Virus record (IMG/VR): IMGVR_UViG_3300020438_000014 | Coordinates: 1-64,000 of that record | DNA length: 64,000 nt | Direction: 5' to 3' (one strand) | Source of the DNA: a virus | Shown here: positions 42,873-53,390 of the stretch, in pieces | Layout of the letters: every line of letters begins with the position of its first letter | How positions within the stretch are numbered: position 1 is the first letter of the stretch | Program-made: the position numbers and the translations under genes | The notes under the pieces: model-generated | What the model saw: the letters and a program-made list of their open reading frames with translations, nothing else | Told to the model about the DNA's origin: nothing | The model's database searches: none

Positions 42873-44277
42873 TGTCAAATGATGTGATTGCGTATTCAAT
42901 TTTATCCTCTACAGACTGTAACTCGCTAAAATCCTGGGAGGCGCTTTTGTTTTGCAGGTAGTTTGCATAAAGTCTGCCTTTTACCCATTCTTCGCTAACT
43001 GGAACTTGCGTCGATTCTTCGCAAGCAAGCTCGAGAATTTCTTCTAACGAAAGGCTTACAAGAGTCATACCGCCTTTTTTGGAAGAGTTTCTTGTCTTCC
43101 GCGGAGTACCATCTTTGTTTAAGGATATTTTTTTCATGCAAGTATTATCGCATTTTAAGGGCGATATGTCAAGCATAAATTACTTTAATTTCTTTGCGAG
43201 ATTTTTAATTTGCTCTTCTAACTGAGAAATTTGCTCTGATTGGGTCTCTACTAAATCTTTTAGGTCAGTTACCTCATTTATATACAGTAACATATCTTCG
43301 TCTGGAGAGAATACTATATCGTATTCTTCGTCATCTTCGTCTTCGAGCTCTTCTTCGTCTGTCATAATTGTTTATAATATTTTTTTAAAAGATCAAAGCC
43401 TTGATCTATTTTTGTTTGTCTTCTTATTCTTTTAGCTTTTGATTTAAATGGAAGCATGTCTTTTCTAGATTGAAAAGCATACCGAATTTTAACAAGAATA
43501 TTATTCCATTCTTCCTTTGAAAGTTCGTTTGGTTTGTTGCCTAAATCTAATTGCCTTTTTTGAATAATCCGCTCCACAGAATCGGAGATTTGTATATGTA
43601 GCGGCAAGTCTTGATGGGTTTTCTTTTGTTTAAAAACATTTGAAATTTTCTTGAATAAATTCATTTGTATCTTTTAATTCCCCACCAGCACCTTCTCAGC
43701 AGGCTTTTTAGTTTTATTGCTTTATACCACTCGCCAGCCATGCAAAGTTTTTTTATTTTTTTCTCTGTGTCTTTGAATTTTTTCGATACTTTTTTTCTAA
43801 CAGACCAAGAAAGCTTCCAAGGCTCGCTCCTATTTTTTCTCGAGTTGTTGGGTATGTATATCATATCCAAAATTTTTTTATAAGATCAATAGATAAACCC
43901 TCTCGAAGCTCCCAAAACTGACAGCAGAAATTTCTTTTACTTGTCCAATCCATAACGTTCTGTATCATATACACTTGAGAACCAAAGTTAGGCGGAGAAA
44001 AATCAAAGAAAAGACACTCTAGCTCCAATCTTTTTTTGCTTATTAGCCTAGCCGAAAAATTATTTTCAAGTCTTTTTGCCACAAAAACTAGGGCTTGGTA
44101 AAATTCATATGGATGCCCAGAGGTTTTGGAGAATGGAATTTCTTCGAGGTCTGCTCCGTTATCAGAAACTCCACACATAAGCATTTTGCTTACAAAATTA
44201 TCGTGAAAAAACTCAAGCTTCTCGTAGAAATCAAGATTTGCTTCGTCTAAGTAGATACTCGTGTTTTTTAATATCAC
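42865..44277 (-). other. five small hypothetical CDS
   Basis: abutting ORFs (42865-43137, 43180-43365, 43362-43664, 43661-43870, 43861-44277). Confidence 0.55.
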
Positions 44278-44425
44278 TAGAGATTTCTCGCTGTTTTTGC
44301 TTTAGCTTTCTTATTTTGCTGAGTATGATTTTTCTTTGTCTTGACATAAAAAATAAAGTCTTAAAAATGAGGTGTTGAACCTTAATTAAATAAGATGACC
44401 TTTTGAATTTTTAAAACTTTTAAAG

Positions 44426-44788
44426 TGGTGGAGGTGGCGGGACTTGAACCCGCGTCCTCTGCTCTTCAACAGAATCACCTCTACAAGCTTATCCGATTTT
44501 TTTTAGAGTTATGATATCGGCATCCAACTCCTTGTTTCAATTATTTGCAGTTTGTGGAACAAATAAACTTTTATCTGTTTTGCAGATTGATGACCCCTCG
44601 TTCAATTTATCTGCGTCAATCGAGGAGAGGTTGCAGCTTTAGGCTGCAAGGGCGAGACCCTCTGGGGAGAAGGTCTCTATAGAATTAATGTTTTTAGCAT
44701 TTATTCTGCTTGTGCCTTTTAGCGAAGCCTGGCACCTCTTCGGCTTGCAGTGATCTAATCCAAACAAAGTCGAATCCGAAACACCCCC
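44426..44788 (-). ncRNA. ssrA: tmRNA
   Basis: 5' GGGGGUGUUUCGGAUUCGAC, 3' GCGGGUUCAAGUCCCGCCACCUCCACCA, G3.U pair, tag ORF 44698-44639 AKNINSIETFSPEGLALAA. Confidence 0.95.
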
Positions 44789-44819
44789 ATAAATTTTAAA
44801 GAACTATTTAATGATACAA

Positions 44820-45140
44820 TCAGAACAACTCTTCGGGAACTTCTTCCGTGTTGTTGTCTGTAGCAGTTTCTTGAATTGCTTCGTCAACTGCCTTGGTAAC
44901 ATTTTGTGTCTGCTCTCTGTCTTCGGAGCGGTAGACTACGTAGTCAGGAGCCTTTTCGTTCTTTTCTCTACCCTTGTTTGTGAAAACAACGACCTTTACC
45001 GTTTCGGTAACTCCAGGCATTGTCTCGACTTTGATACTTCCAGAAAGATACTTTTGATTCTTTCCGCTGCGAACCCAAAGAGCTCCTAGCTCTCGGTTGC
45101 GCCACTCTGATTGCTTTTCTTGTGTTTGATTTTCACTCAT
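44820..45140 (-). CDS. DUF736-like putative ssDNA-binding protein
   Basis: LGALW, YLSG, APDY, acidic tail. Confidence 0.6.
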   Translation of the reverse strand: MSENQTQEKQSEWRNRELGALWVRSGKNQKYLSGSIKVETMPGVTETVKVVVFTNKGREKNEKAPDYVVYRSEDREQTQNVTKAVDEAIQETATDNNTEEVPEELF

Positions 45141-45368
45141 AATTAATTTGATTGTTGATATATTTCTGAAAGTTCTTGGAGAAAAAGAATTTTAGCTCCT
45201 TGACTTAATTTATTGTATTGTTTTTTTGCGCGAGAGTAAACTCGCTTTTGTGTTGATTCCGAACTATTCGGATCGTAGTTTAAAATTTTTCTTATTTGCT
45301 TTGCTTTCTTTTGATTCATACCGATGATTATATAATATATTTGATAATATGTCAAGTCTTTTTTTGAT

Positions 45369-46124
45369 TTATCCTGAAAAACATGATTTACTCCAATCAA
45401 AGCATCCAAAATATATTTTTTGAAACTTATTACCTGATGTATAACCTTTAGTTACTGGATACGAATTTTCTGTATCTAGATGAATTTTAAAAACCTGTTC
45501 TTGCCCTCTAGGAAAATGTTGAGATAAGGATTTCAAAAATTGTGACTCACAATATTTTTTAGATTCATTTAGGTCCAAGTTGCTTCTATTAATTCTTGGA
45601 AATATCGAGCAATGGGCTATATTTTTTCTGAAAGACAGCTCTATTCCTTCATTATGATTTGGCATATTAAGCCTTAATGATTTGTTCAAGATGTTTATAA
45701 GGAATTTATTGTATATATAATAATATCTTTTTGAATATAAATTGTTATTAAGTTGGTGAATTACTGTTGAGGAGTAATTTTTGTCTCCAAAATAAAAAGA
45801 CTTTGTGATTTCTTCTGTGTTTAAGTTATACTTTATGCCGAAATTGAGTCCTAGAATTGAATTTTTATTTGGTTTGGGCTTGGATGAGAGTAATTCTGAT
45901 ACATGTCCATATAGTTTTCCGTCGCAAAACCATTTAAAGAAATCAGAATCTAATATTCTTTTTTGGCTATATATTTTGTAGTAAAGTTTTACTGCGGTAA
46001 TTGAGTCATTAAAGTCAAAAGCATAACCGTCTAGAGTTTTAAAACTAGATTTTAATGAACTTGAAAAATCTGTAAATTTTAGTAGATTTTCATCCTTTGC
46101 AGATATGTATCTTTTAAGATTCAT
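45369..46124 (-). CDS. hypothetical protein
   Basis: 251-aa ORF coupled to citrate-synthase-like gene. Confidence 0.6.
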   Translation of the reverse strand: MNLKRYISAKDENLLKFTDFSSSLKSSFKTLDGYAFDFNDSITAVKLYYKIYSQKRILDSDFFKWFCDGKLYGHVSELLSSKPKPNKNSILGLNFGIKYNLNTEEITKSFYFGDKNYSSTVIHQLNNNLYSKRYYYIYNKFLINILNKSLRLNMPNHNEGIELSFRKNIAHCSIFPRINRSNLDLNESKKYCESQFLKSLSQHFPRGQEQVFKIHLDTENSYPVTKGYTSGNKFQKIYFGCFDWSKSCFSG

Positions 46125-46722
46125 TTTTTATGTTTTCGAATGAAGGAACAACTTTGCTGAATTTATTTTTAGTTTTATTGTATAGCTTTAACCAGCCAAA
46201 AGATCTTCCTAGTAGGGGAAGAAATAAACAATTCTTTGATTCTATGCCATTATCTAGAGACAAGCTTGCAATGATGCATCCTATGTTCATGGGTACAGGC
46301 ATGGACTCCTCTAATAAAACTGAAAATTTCATATGGTCTCCGAATAGATGTTTAAATTTACATTTTAAATGTAAAACTCTAGGGTCTTCTCCTTTTATTG
46401 ATGGGTGTCCGAATCCTGGAATTTTCTTTCCATTATTTTCTGAAAGTAATTCGTTAATATCTTTTGTGTGATTATTAGATATAAACTCTGCAATCTGTCT
46501 TATGGGTAAATGCTCATCAGTTATGCAATTTAATCCTGACGCAATTGCGTTTGGTAGATCTGCTCCACAATTGGCGGCAAGAGCCACAACCGCTGAACTT
46601 GGGGGTTCGTTATCTATTGGGAATTCAATAAAAACAGAAGATAGCTCACTAAATAGTTCGAGTTGGTCATTGGATGGTATACTATCCCCTGTTAAATAAT
46701 TTACAATTTCATTGAATATCAT
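46114..46722 (-). CDS. citrate synthase/citryl-CoA lyase-like protein
   Basis: PPSS, AIASGL, KIPGFGHP..KGEDPR. Confidence 0.75.
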   Translation of the reverse strand: MIFNEIVNYLTGDSIPSNDQLELFSELSSVFIEFPIDNEPPSSAVVALAANCGADLPNAIASGLNCITDEHLPIRQIAEFISNNHTKDINELLSENNGKKIPGFGHPSIKGEDPRVLHLKCKFKHLFGDHMKFSVLLEESMPVPMNIGCIIASLSLDNGIESKNCLFLPLLGRSFGWLKLYNKTKNKFSKVVPSFENIKNES

Positions 46723-47212
46723 CTGCTTTTGCCTCAAATCTAAGGTATTTTATATCAGCATCCTTACTAAGCTGTTTTGCGATTTTTTGAGCGTTACATA
46801 GTGACGCTTTGTTCTCGCATTTGATCTCAAATATAAACTTCTTGATGCCCATTTTATAAAGTTGCCTGCCTAGCTCGAGCCTTAGTTCTGAGCCAATACC
46901 TTGGTTTCTAAAATCTGGGTGGCATATTGTCATCAGCCCGATGGCACAAGCCTCTTTGAAGTCATAGAATCGGTTTAACTTAGTCGAACAAAATGTGACT
47001 CCTAGCAAATCATCGTTCTCGAATATACCAATCGCAGGATCTCCGTCAGAAATGATCGGGAATATTTCTGTTGCGAAAATAGCCTCTGCGTTTTTTTCTG
47101 TTGGTAAAAGTTCGGACAAGAAGAATTGATCTTTATTTTTTAGACTTATAAGAATTAAGTCATTGATTTTTTCTTCATCATCGAAAGTTAGGCTTCTTGT
47201 GTTTCTGTTCAT
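46709..47212 (-). CDS. GNAT acetyltransferase
   Basis: HPDFRNQGIG motif A, ENKAS. Confidence 0.8.
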   Translation of the reverse strand: MNRNTRSLTFDDEEKINDLILISLKNKDQFFLSELLPTEKNAEAIFATEIFPIISDGDPAIGIFENDDLLGVTFCSTKLNRFYDFKEACAIGLMTICHPDFRNQGIGSELRLELGRQLYKMGIKKFIFEIKCENKASLCNAQKIAKQLSKDADIKYLRFEAKADDIQ

Positions 47213-48198
47213 ACTTGATGATATAAAACTTCTTTAAATATGTCAAGATTATTTCTGTGATCTCCTCCTGCATAGGAGATTGAGCTTTGAAGGTCTTGTT
47301 TTATTTCGCATAGCTTTTGTTCGTACGTCATTCCATTCGAGCATACATTGGTTAGCTTGCCTTCTATATTATTATTATGACCTTTATTTTCTGCGCTTGC
47401 AGAGCCAAAATAGGCTTTATGAGGAATACCATTAATTGTACTATTGACCGCAGGGCTATCCGTACACGAAGCAAATATACCTCCAGCCATGCTCATAGTT
47501 GCTCCTGCAACCAATGATTTTGCAATATCTCCGTTGCACTTTATTCCTCCATCTGCTATAATCGGTATTTTATCGCTAAGCTCTTCTTCAAAACCACCGA
47601 GGTATACATTTGAGCAAGACTTGGCGCAACTGAACATAGGCATGGTGAACCCAGTTTTATCTTTTGTTGTGCATGGAGAGCCTTGCCCTATTCCAACTTT
47701 AACTATGTTTGCGCCCCAGCTAGCCAAATCTTTGACTGCTGTGGGTGTGGCTACATTTCCTGCGATAATTTTTGTATTGGGTAAAAATTTCTTTACTGCA
47801 TCAATCATAATTTTCATTCTGTCGCAATGGCCGTGAGCAATATCAATTGTAATGTAATCAACTCTTTGACCTGACTTTGAAATAGCGACTAAATCTTTTT
47901 TATCACGCATTTGAACTCCTGCGCTGACTGATACTAAATCCCAGTTTTCTTTGTTCATTTCTTCAACAACTTCTTTTAATGATTGATTGAATCTATGCAT
48001 GATGTAAAAGTAATTGTTTTCGCTCATCCATTTTGCTAGGCGCATGTCGATGACGGATTTCATGTTCGCAGGAATAATCGGTAGGTTAAATTTCTTGCCG
48101 CAAAGTTCTACGTCGGTGACACAGTCAGACCTGCTATAGCATTCTGTATAATTAGGTATTAAGCAAATATCTTGGTATCTTAATGCTTTATCTGCCAT
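47209..48198 (-). CDS. guaC: GMP reductase
   Basis: PANM, IDIAHGH, AGNVAT, KVGIGQGSPCTT, IADGG, YFGSAS, LQSSISYAG. Confidence 0.93.
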   Translation of the reverse strand: MADKALRYQDICLIPNYTECYSRSDCVTDVELCGKKFNLPIIPANMKSVIDMRLAKWMSENNYFYIMHRFNQSLKEVVEEMNKENWDLVSVSAGVQMRDKKDLVAISKSGQRVDYITIDIAHGHCDRMKIMIDAVKKFLPNTKIIAGNVATPTAVKDLASWGANIVKVGIGQGSPCTTKDKTGFTMPMFSCAKSCSNVYLGGFEEELSDKIPIIADGGIKCNGDIAKSLVAGATMSMAGGIFASCTDSPAVNSTINGIPHKAYFGSASAENKGHNNNIEGKLTNVCSNGMTYEQKLCEIKQDLQSSISYAGGDHRNNLDIFKEVLYHQV

Positions 48199-48312
48199 AG
48201 AAATCATCCTCTTCTTTATCCCTTTTCCACCAAAAATAAATTCCTATTCCTCCGAAAACAAGAAAGTCTCCAGGGAAGAATTCAAAATAACTTGTTGTTG
48301 CTATAATTTCTA

Positions 48313-48867
48313 TCATCTAAATTCTTTTCTTAATAGTCTCCATCTGTCTGAGTCTATTGGTTTATTGCCTTCGTCAATTGCATATAGCATTTCTACTATT
48401 TCTTCAACGCTGTTGTAAATATATTTATGTGGAAACATGCCTAGCATCCATAGAGGAGTCTTTGCCTTGCCACCTTCCATGCTAACAAACACGGGTTTTT
48501 TTTCTCTTACCGCAGTTACAATTTCTTCTGCGCTTCCCCAGCTTGCAACATCAGGTACAAGATGAGCAATTATAAAGTCGCTACGATCTACAAGATTTAA
48601 GTCATAAGCTCGAACCATTTTCATTCGCTCGGATACTCTGTCATACTGCTTAGTTTTCATCCATGTTTCCATTTCTTGTCTAGAAGCTTCGTCTTCTTCA
48701 ACATCCTTCATGAAGGGTTTTTTGTAGGGATCAAAGCAGGTGATGCTAAGTGGCTTGAGTTTTTGAGTAACTTCATCCCTCCAATCTCTGCCGCTTACAT
48801 ATTGCATATGACCAACCAAATAGCATTTGGTTTTGTACAATAAATTTTCTCCTTCTATTTTTACCAT
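48313..48867 (-). CDS. nucleoside 2-deoxyribosyltransferase-like protein
   Basis: YLVGHM, FDP, DL..V.RSD, SWGSAEE. Confidence 0.7.
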   Translation of the reverse strand: MVKIEGENLLYKTKCYLVGHMQYVSGRDWRDEVTQKLKPLSITCFDPYKKPFMKDVEEDEASRQEMETWMKTKQYDRVSERMKMVRAYDLNLVDRSDFIIAHLVPDVASWGSAEEIVTAVREKKPVFVSMEGGKAKTPLWMLGMFPHKYIYNSVEEIVEMLYAIDEGNKPIDSDRWRLLRKEFR

Positions 48868-48898
48868 GCCACTATTATAGCAGCATTTAATCAAGGAG

Positions 48899-51800
48899 TC
48901 AAGACAATTTTTTCTTTAATTCTTCGACCTCTTCAGATAGGTCTTTTATTGCCTCGATTAAAACAGGAACTAATTTTGCATAATCTACTGTTTTATATTT
49001 TTCTGTATTTTCACAAAACTCTCCAACACATGGGACTTTTTCGCTTACAACTTCGGGTATAACTTGTTCAACTTCTTGAGCTATAACCCCGATATCCTTT
49101 GTTCCTTTGCGGGAAGTGGCATTCCAATCAAACTCTACTCCACGAAGTTTTTTGACTTTTTCTAGGCCGCTTTTTATTTGTCCTATATTGTCTTTAAATT
49201 TTTCGTCAGATACTGTTGTCGAGAAGGCCACAACATCTCCCTCTACATGAAAATCTCCGTCTTCTTCAAGCTTAGATATAAGGTTTCCTCCTAGATAGGT
49301 TTCTGCTTTTTTAGAGAAGATTCCGTGAATTATAAAATAGCTCTGATCGTTTTGTCCAATAGCGTAAACACCTGTTGATGGATCTGTTCCTCCTCTTAGG
49401 TCTCTATTTACAGAAAATTCAGTGCCTGTTAAGGTTAAATGGTTGCCATTGCTATAAGTAGTGTTTGTGTCGGTGTTGATTACCGTTTCTGTTGCGGTTC
49501 CTATTGCTGTAACGTGACCATAAGTATCAAGAGTTATGTCTTGAATGTAGGTTCTACCGCTGTTATTTGACGAACCTTGTGATGAAGTGTCTTGGTGGTT
49601 TATTGTTATCGTCTCTGCAGAGGATTGATTTAAATTTAAAGTTCCTCCTCCTGTTAAAGCGTTGCCTGCTGTAATTGTAATTGCAGCATTCGAAGCAACC
49701 ACTGTTTCTGATGCGGTTCCTATTGATGTAACGTGACCATAACCATCAAGGCTTATGTCTTGAATGTAGGTTCTACCGCTGTTATTTGACGAACCTTGTG
49801 ATGAAGTGTCTTGGTGGTTTATTGTTATCGTCTCTGCAGAGGATTGATTTAAATTTAAAGTTCCTCCTCCTGTTAAAGCGTTGCCTGCTGTAATTGTAAT
49901 TGCAGCATTCGAAGCAACCACTGTTTCTGATGCGGTTCCTATTGATGTAACGTGACCATAACCATCAAGGCTTATGTCTTGAATGTAAGTTCTGCCGCTA
50001 TTATTCGACGAGCCTTGCGATGACGTATCTTGGTGATTTATGGTGATCGTTTCAGCAGAGGATTGATTTAAATTTAAAGTTCCTCCACCTGTGAGGGCTC
50101 CTCCTGCTGTAATTGTAATTGCGGAATTTTTGATGTCACTCGTCATCGCAACCGTGCCGCTTTGATTTGGCAAGGTATATGCGCGATCTGCAGTTAATGT
50201 TCCTGCTTTTAAAGTTCCTTCATGATCGTCTGTGGCGCTACCTTCGAATACTACTCCGTTTGAGGTACTAACTGTTTCTACATTATTTGTGGTTGTCTTT
50301 CCTGTAACCACAAGATCGCCAGGAATTTCGACTGTGCCATTTTCTTTGATTCGCATATTCACAGTGGTTCCTGTGCCAAGGCGTATATCTCCAATCATGT
50401 TCCAGATACTAAATTCTTTATTAGTTGAGCTGCCAAATCCAACATAACCTCTTTGTGCATCGTTTTGATCTCTATAGTCAATAAATCCATTTTGAGAATT
50501 TACATCCCCACCATCTGTGTCCTTAAGGACTAATACTGGTCCCGAGCTTTCAATTGTTGCTTTTCCAACAACGTGAAGTGCTGATTCTGGGGTTGCGGTA
50601 CCAATACCTACATTGCCGTTATTAAGGATTGTCATTTTACCAACACCGCCGATTCCAAAAGCCAAATTATTTCCAGTGCTAGAGCTTATTCCAAAATCAT
50701 TCGCGCCTAAACCGTTAACCGCATAAGCTCCTCCTCCAATATATCCTTTTGATTGCGACTCTCCGATATCTCCAAACCAAAGACCTTTACTTCCTCCATC
50801 GTCGTCTACCTCAACAGTTGCTTGTATTTCAATTTTGCCGTTCGCGCAAACACAAAGTTTTGCATTAGAGCTCTCAAGCAATGTCGTGCCATAAACATGA
50901 AGTTTTTGTGATGGAGTCGTAGTACCAATGCCGACACTGCTCCCGTGGAATGTCATGTATTGAGCAAATGAACTTTTGTTTTGCCCTATATGTAAATAAT
51001 CACCCTCCGACTGAAACCTCCAAGGTTCTCTTCCGCCACTCACGGGAGTGCCGCCCATGTATAGATTTACATCTGTAGCAGTAGATGATAACTCTAATGT
51101 ACCTGCAGGAGTTGTAGTACCAATACCTACATTGCCGTCAGATTTGATAAAAAAATCGGGGACGTTGTTTTGACCTGTGTAGTCGGCATAAAAACTCAAA
51201 CCTTGTCCGGCAGGCCAAGAGGAACTTGGATTGGCATATAATATTCTTCCAATTGCGTCTCTTGTTGTGTTTGAGAAATCTATGTATGCGTTTTCACTAT
51301 CAGCGGAAACTATGGAAACATGGTGAGATGGGGAATTTTCGGATTTACCTAAATACACACCAGCAGCGGGTGCGATATTCGGTACGGAATCTCCTGCAAA
51401 ATAACCATCACCAGCAACATGCAACTGATGATCAGGAGTCGTAGTACCAATACCTACATTGCCGTTGTCCGTGATGCGTAACTTTTCCTCAGCAGTACTT
51501 GTGCCTTGGGTTCGAAAGCTTATAAATGGATTTGTACCCCCTGCAGTGGAATCTGCTACAAAGATAAGACTACCCATTCCAGTATCTGCATGTAATAGTG
51601 AGGATAGATTTGTATTAGTGTCTGTGAGTTTTATAATCGGTGTAGTGCTCTTGATGTGTAATACCTCCTCTGGACTCGTAGTACCAATACCTACATTGCC
51701 GCTGCTTTCAACGCAAAGTGCAGCGTAATTGTAAGGGCGACTAGCTTCATTGGTGGTAGAAGCAGCATAATTTTTTGTTAAAATTCTGAATGCATCATTC

Positions 51801-53365
51801 TCATCATTACCGCGAATACCAAATATCATTTGGCCATTCGGATCAGTTTCAATAATAGTGCCAAATTTAGAAGTATTTGTTGCAGGAAGTAAATCGCCAA
51901 TAACTCCTGCAGTTGCTTCTGTAAAGCTGCGTATATCTAGGTCGGCAAGTTTTGCACGAGTTGCTTTTACGGTTCCGCTAATATCCAGCTTCTCTGAAGG
52001 GCTCGTAGTACCAATACCTACATTGCCTGAGCTATCGATACGCATTCTTTCGGTAGCTGAAGTTGAAAAGTGCAAGTGATCATCACTGTTGTCATAATCA
52101 ATTCTGCCTTGGCCATCTGAATCGGTATCACCAAAAAATATCGCGCTTCTAGAGTCATTTTTTGAAACTATAGAAACGAATGCATTTGAGCTTGAATCTT
52201 CGACACTCAGAAGTCTGGCAGGGCTCGGGGTACCAATACCTACATTGCCGTTGGAGTCGATTGTAAATCTATTGTTTACATTATTAGTTTTAAAACTTAA
52301 TGAATCATCCACATGGCTATAGATTATCCTACCTGCCGCTGCATTGTCTTGGTCACCAAAATTTACCGCACTCATGCCAAGAGAGTCAGATGCAGTCAAT
52401 CTTAGTTGTGTATTTGTGCCTCCATTTACATCCAAGTCAACGAACGGATTCGTAGTACCAATGCCTACATTGCCACCATCTTCAATAAAAATTCCATTTC
52501 CATTACTATCTTGAAGTAATAATCCTGCGTTATCTCTTGCGCGCACTTTATCTGTAAAAAGATGTTTGCCATCGGCAATTCCTAGATGCTCACTAGAATT
52601 CCATGAATTAGATGCGTTGGTCCATTTAAATTCTTTGTCTGTCGCGCCTTTTAAAGTAATTCCTCCGCCATCTGCGGTAGTATTTGTGGGAGTATCAACT
52701 GATCCGAGTTCTATATTTTTATCATCAACAGTAACCGTGGTTGAATTTACCGTAGTAGTTGTTCCATTAACCGTAAGATTTCCACCAATTGTAACATCTT
52801 TTGCAGTTGTTACGCTTCCGGATCCATCTACTTTAAATTTAATGTCTGAGCTTCCTCCGCCACCAATATGCACTATTGCATTTGATGAAGCATTATTTGT
52901 TTGCACTCGGATGCCATTTGCACCAGCTCCAGGAGCCGCAACGTCAAGATGATATCCGTCTGGATCTTTACCAATACCAAGCAAATCATTGATCCTGACA
53001 TTACCATTTCCATGGTTAATTGCGAATCTATTTTGAACATAAGCATCTGCATCGCTTACTGTGTCAATCTCAAAAACAGAATTGTTGTTTCTAATTAGGG
53101 TATTTAAATCTGTTTGATCAGTTTCTCTTAGCCATATTCTTGGTTGCGAACCTTCAAGTTTCATCGATGGAGTTCCACCAGCAATATGTAAGTTATGAGA
53201 TGGGTCAGTAGTACCAATACCAATGTTTCCTCCGTCTTCAAGAAACATTCCGTTGTCTTCGTCATCTACGATGTGTAATCCTTGAGGTGTTCTTGCTATA
53301 AGCTTGTCTGAGTAAAAATGTTGACCGCTTACTATGTCGGAAGTAAATATGTTATTCGAGATCAT
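48899..53365 (-). CDS. long tail fibre with C-terminal S74 intramolecular chaperone
   Basis: GNVGIGTT repeats; SDEKFK cleavage motif, GVIAQEVE, VDYAKL, coiled-coil end. Confidence 0.9.
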   Translation of the reverse strand: MISNNIFTSDIVSGQHFYSDKLIARTPQGLHIVDDEDNGMFLEDGGNIGIGTTDPSHNLHIAGGTPSMKLEGSQPRIWLRETDQTDLNTLIRNNNSVFEIDTVSDADAYVQNRFAINHGNGNVRINDLLGIGKDPDGYHLDVAAPGAGANGIRVQTNNASSNAIVHIGGGGSSDIKFKVDGSGSVTTAKDVTIGGNLTVNGTTTTVNSTTVTVDDKNIELGSVDTPTNTTADGGGITLKGATDKEFKWTNASNSWNSSEHLGIADGKHLFTDKVRARDNAGLLLQDSNGNGIFIEDGGNVGIGTTNPFVDLDVNGGTNTQLRLTASDSLGMSAVNFGDQDNAAAGRIIYSHVDDSLSFKTNNVNNRFTIDSNGNVGIGTPSPARLLSVEDSSSNAFVSIVSKNDSRSAIFFGDTDSDGQGRIDYDNSDDHLHFSTSATERMRIDSSGNVGIGTTSPSEKLDISGTVKATRAKLADLDIRSFTEATAGVIGDLLPATNTSKFGTIIETDPNGQMIFGIRGNDENDAFRILTKNYAASTTNEASRPYNYAALCVESSGNVGIGTTSPEEVLHIKSTTPIIKLTDTNTNLSSLLHADTGMGSLIFVADSTAGGTNPFISFRTQGTSTAEEKLRITDNGNVGIGTTTPDHQLHVAGDGYFAGDSVPNIAPAAGVYLGKSENSPSHHVSIVSADSENAYIDFSNTTRDAIGRILYANPSSSWPAGQGLSFYADYTGQNNVPDFFIKSDGNVGIGTTTPAGTLELSSTATDVNLYMGGTPVSGGREPWRFQSEGDYLHIGQNKSSFAQYMTFHGSSVGIGTTTPSQKLHVYGTTLLESSNAKLCVCANGKIEIQATVEVDDDGGSKGLWFGDIGESQSKGYIGGGAYAVNGLGANDFGISSSTGNNLAFGIGGVGKMTILNNGNVGIGTATPESALHVVGKATIESSGPVLVLKDTDGGDVNSQNGFIDYRDQNDAQRGYVGFGSSTNKEFSIWNMIGDIRLGTGTTVNMRIKENGTVEIPGDLVVTGKTTTNNVETVSTSNGVVFEGSATDDHEGTLKAGTLTADRAYTLPNQSGTVAMTSDIKNSAITITAGGALTGGGTLNLNQSSAETITINHQDTSSQGSSNNSGRTYIQDISLDGYGHVTSIGTASETVVASNAAITITAGNALTGGGTLNLNQSSAETITINHQDTSSQGSSNNSGRTYIQDISLDGYGHVTSIGTASETVVASNAAITITAGNALTGGGTLNLNQSSAETITINHQDTSSQGSSNNSGRTYIQDITLDTYGHVTAIGTATETVINTDTNTTYSNGNHLTLTGTEFSVNRDLRGGTDPSTGVYAIGQNDQSYFIIHGIFSKKAETYLGGNLISKLEEDGDFHVEGDVVAFSTTVSDEKFKDNIGQIKSGLEKVKKLRGVEFDWNATSRKGTKDIGVIAQEVEQVIPEVVSEKVPCVGEFCENTEKYKTVDYAKLVPVLIEAIKDLSEEVEELKKKLS
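49482..50125. repeat. three tandem 219-nt (73-aa) repeats inside the tail fibre
   Basis: repeat starts at 49482, 49701, 49920. Confidence 0.9.
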
Positions 53366-53390
53366 CTTTCTGTATTACACTAGTTTTTGT

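Noticed and set aside
44696-44719. tmRNA contains AAATGC and AAAGGC, matching both 6-mers of one array unit
   Set aside because: The words are the same sense as the predicted guide RNA, and short AT-rich words match by chance.
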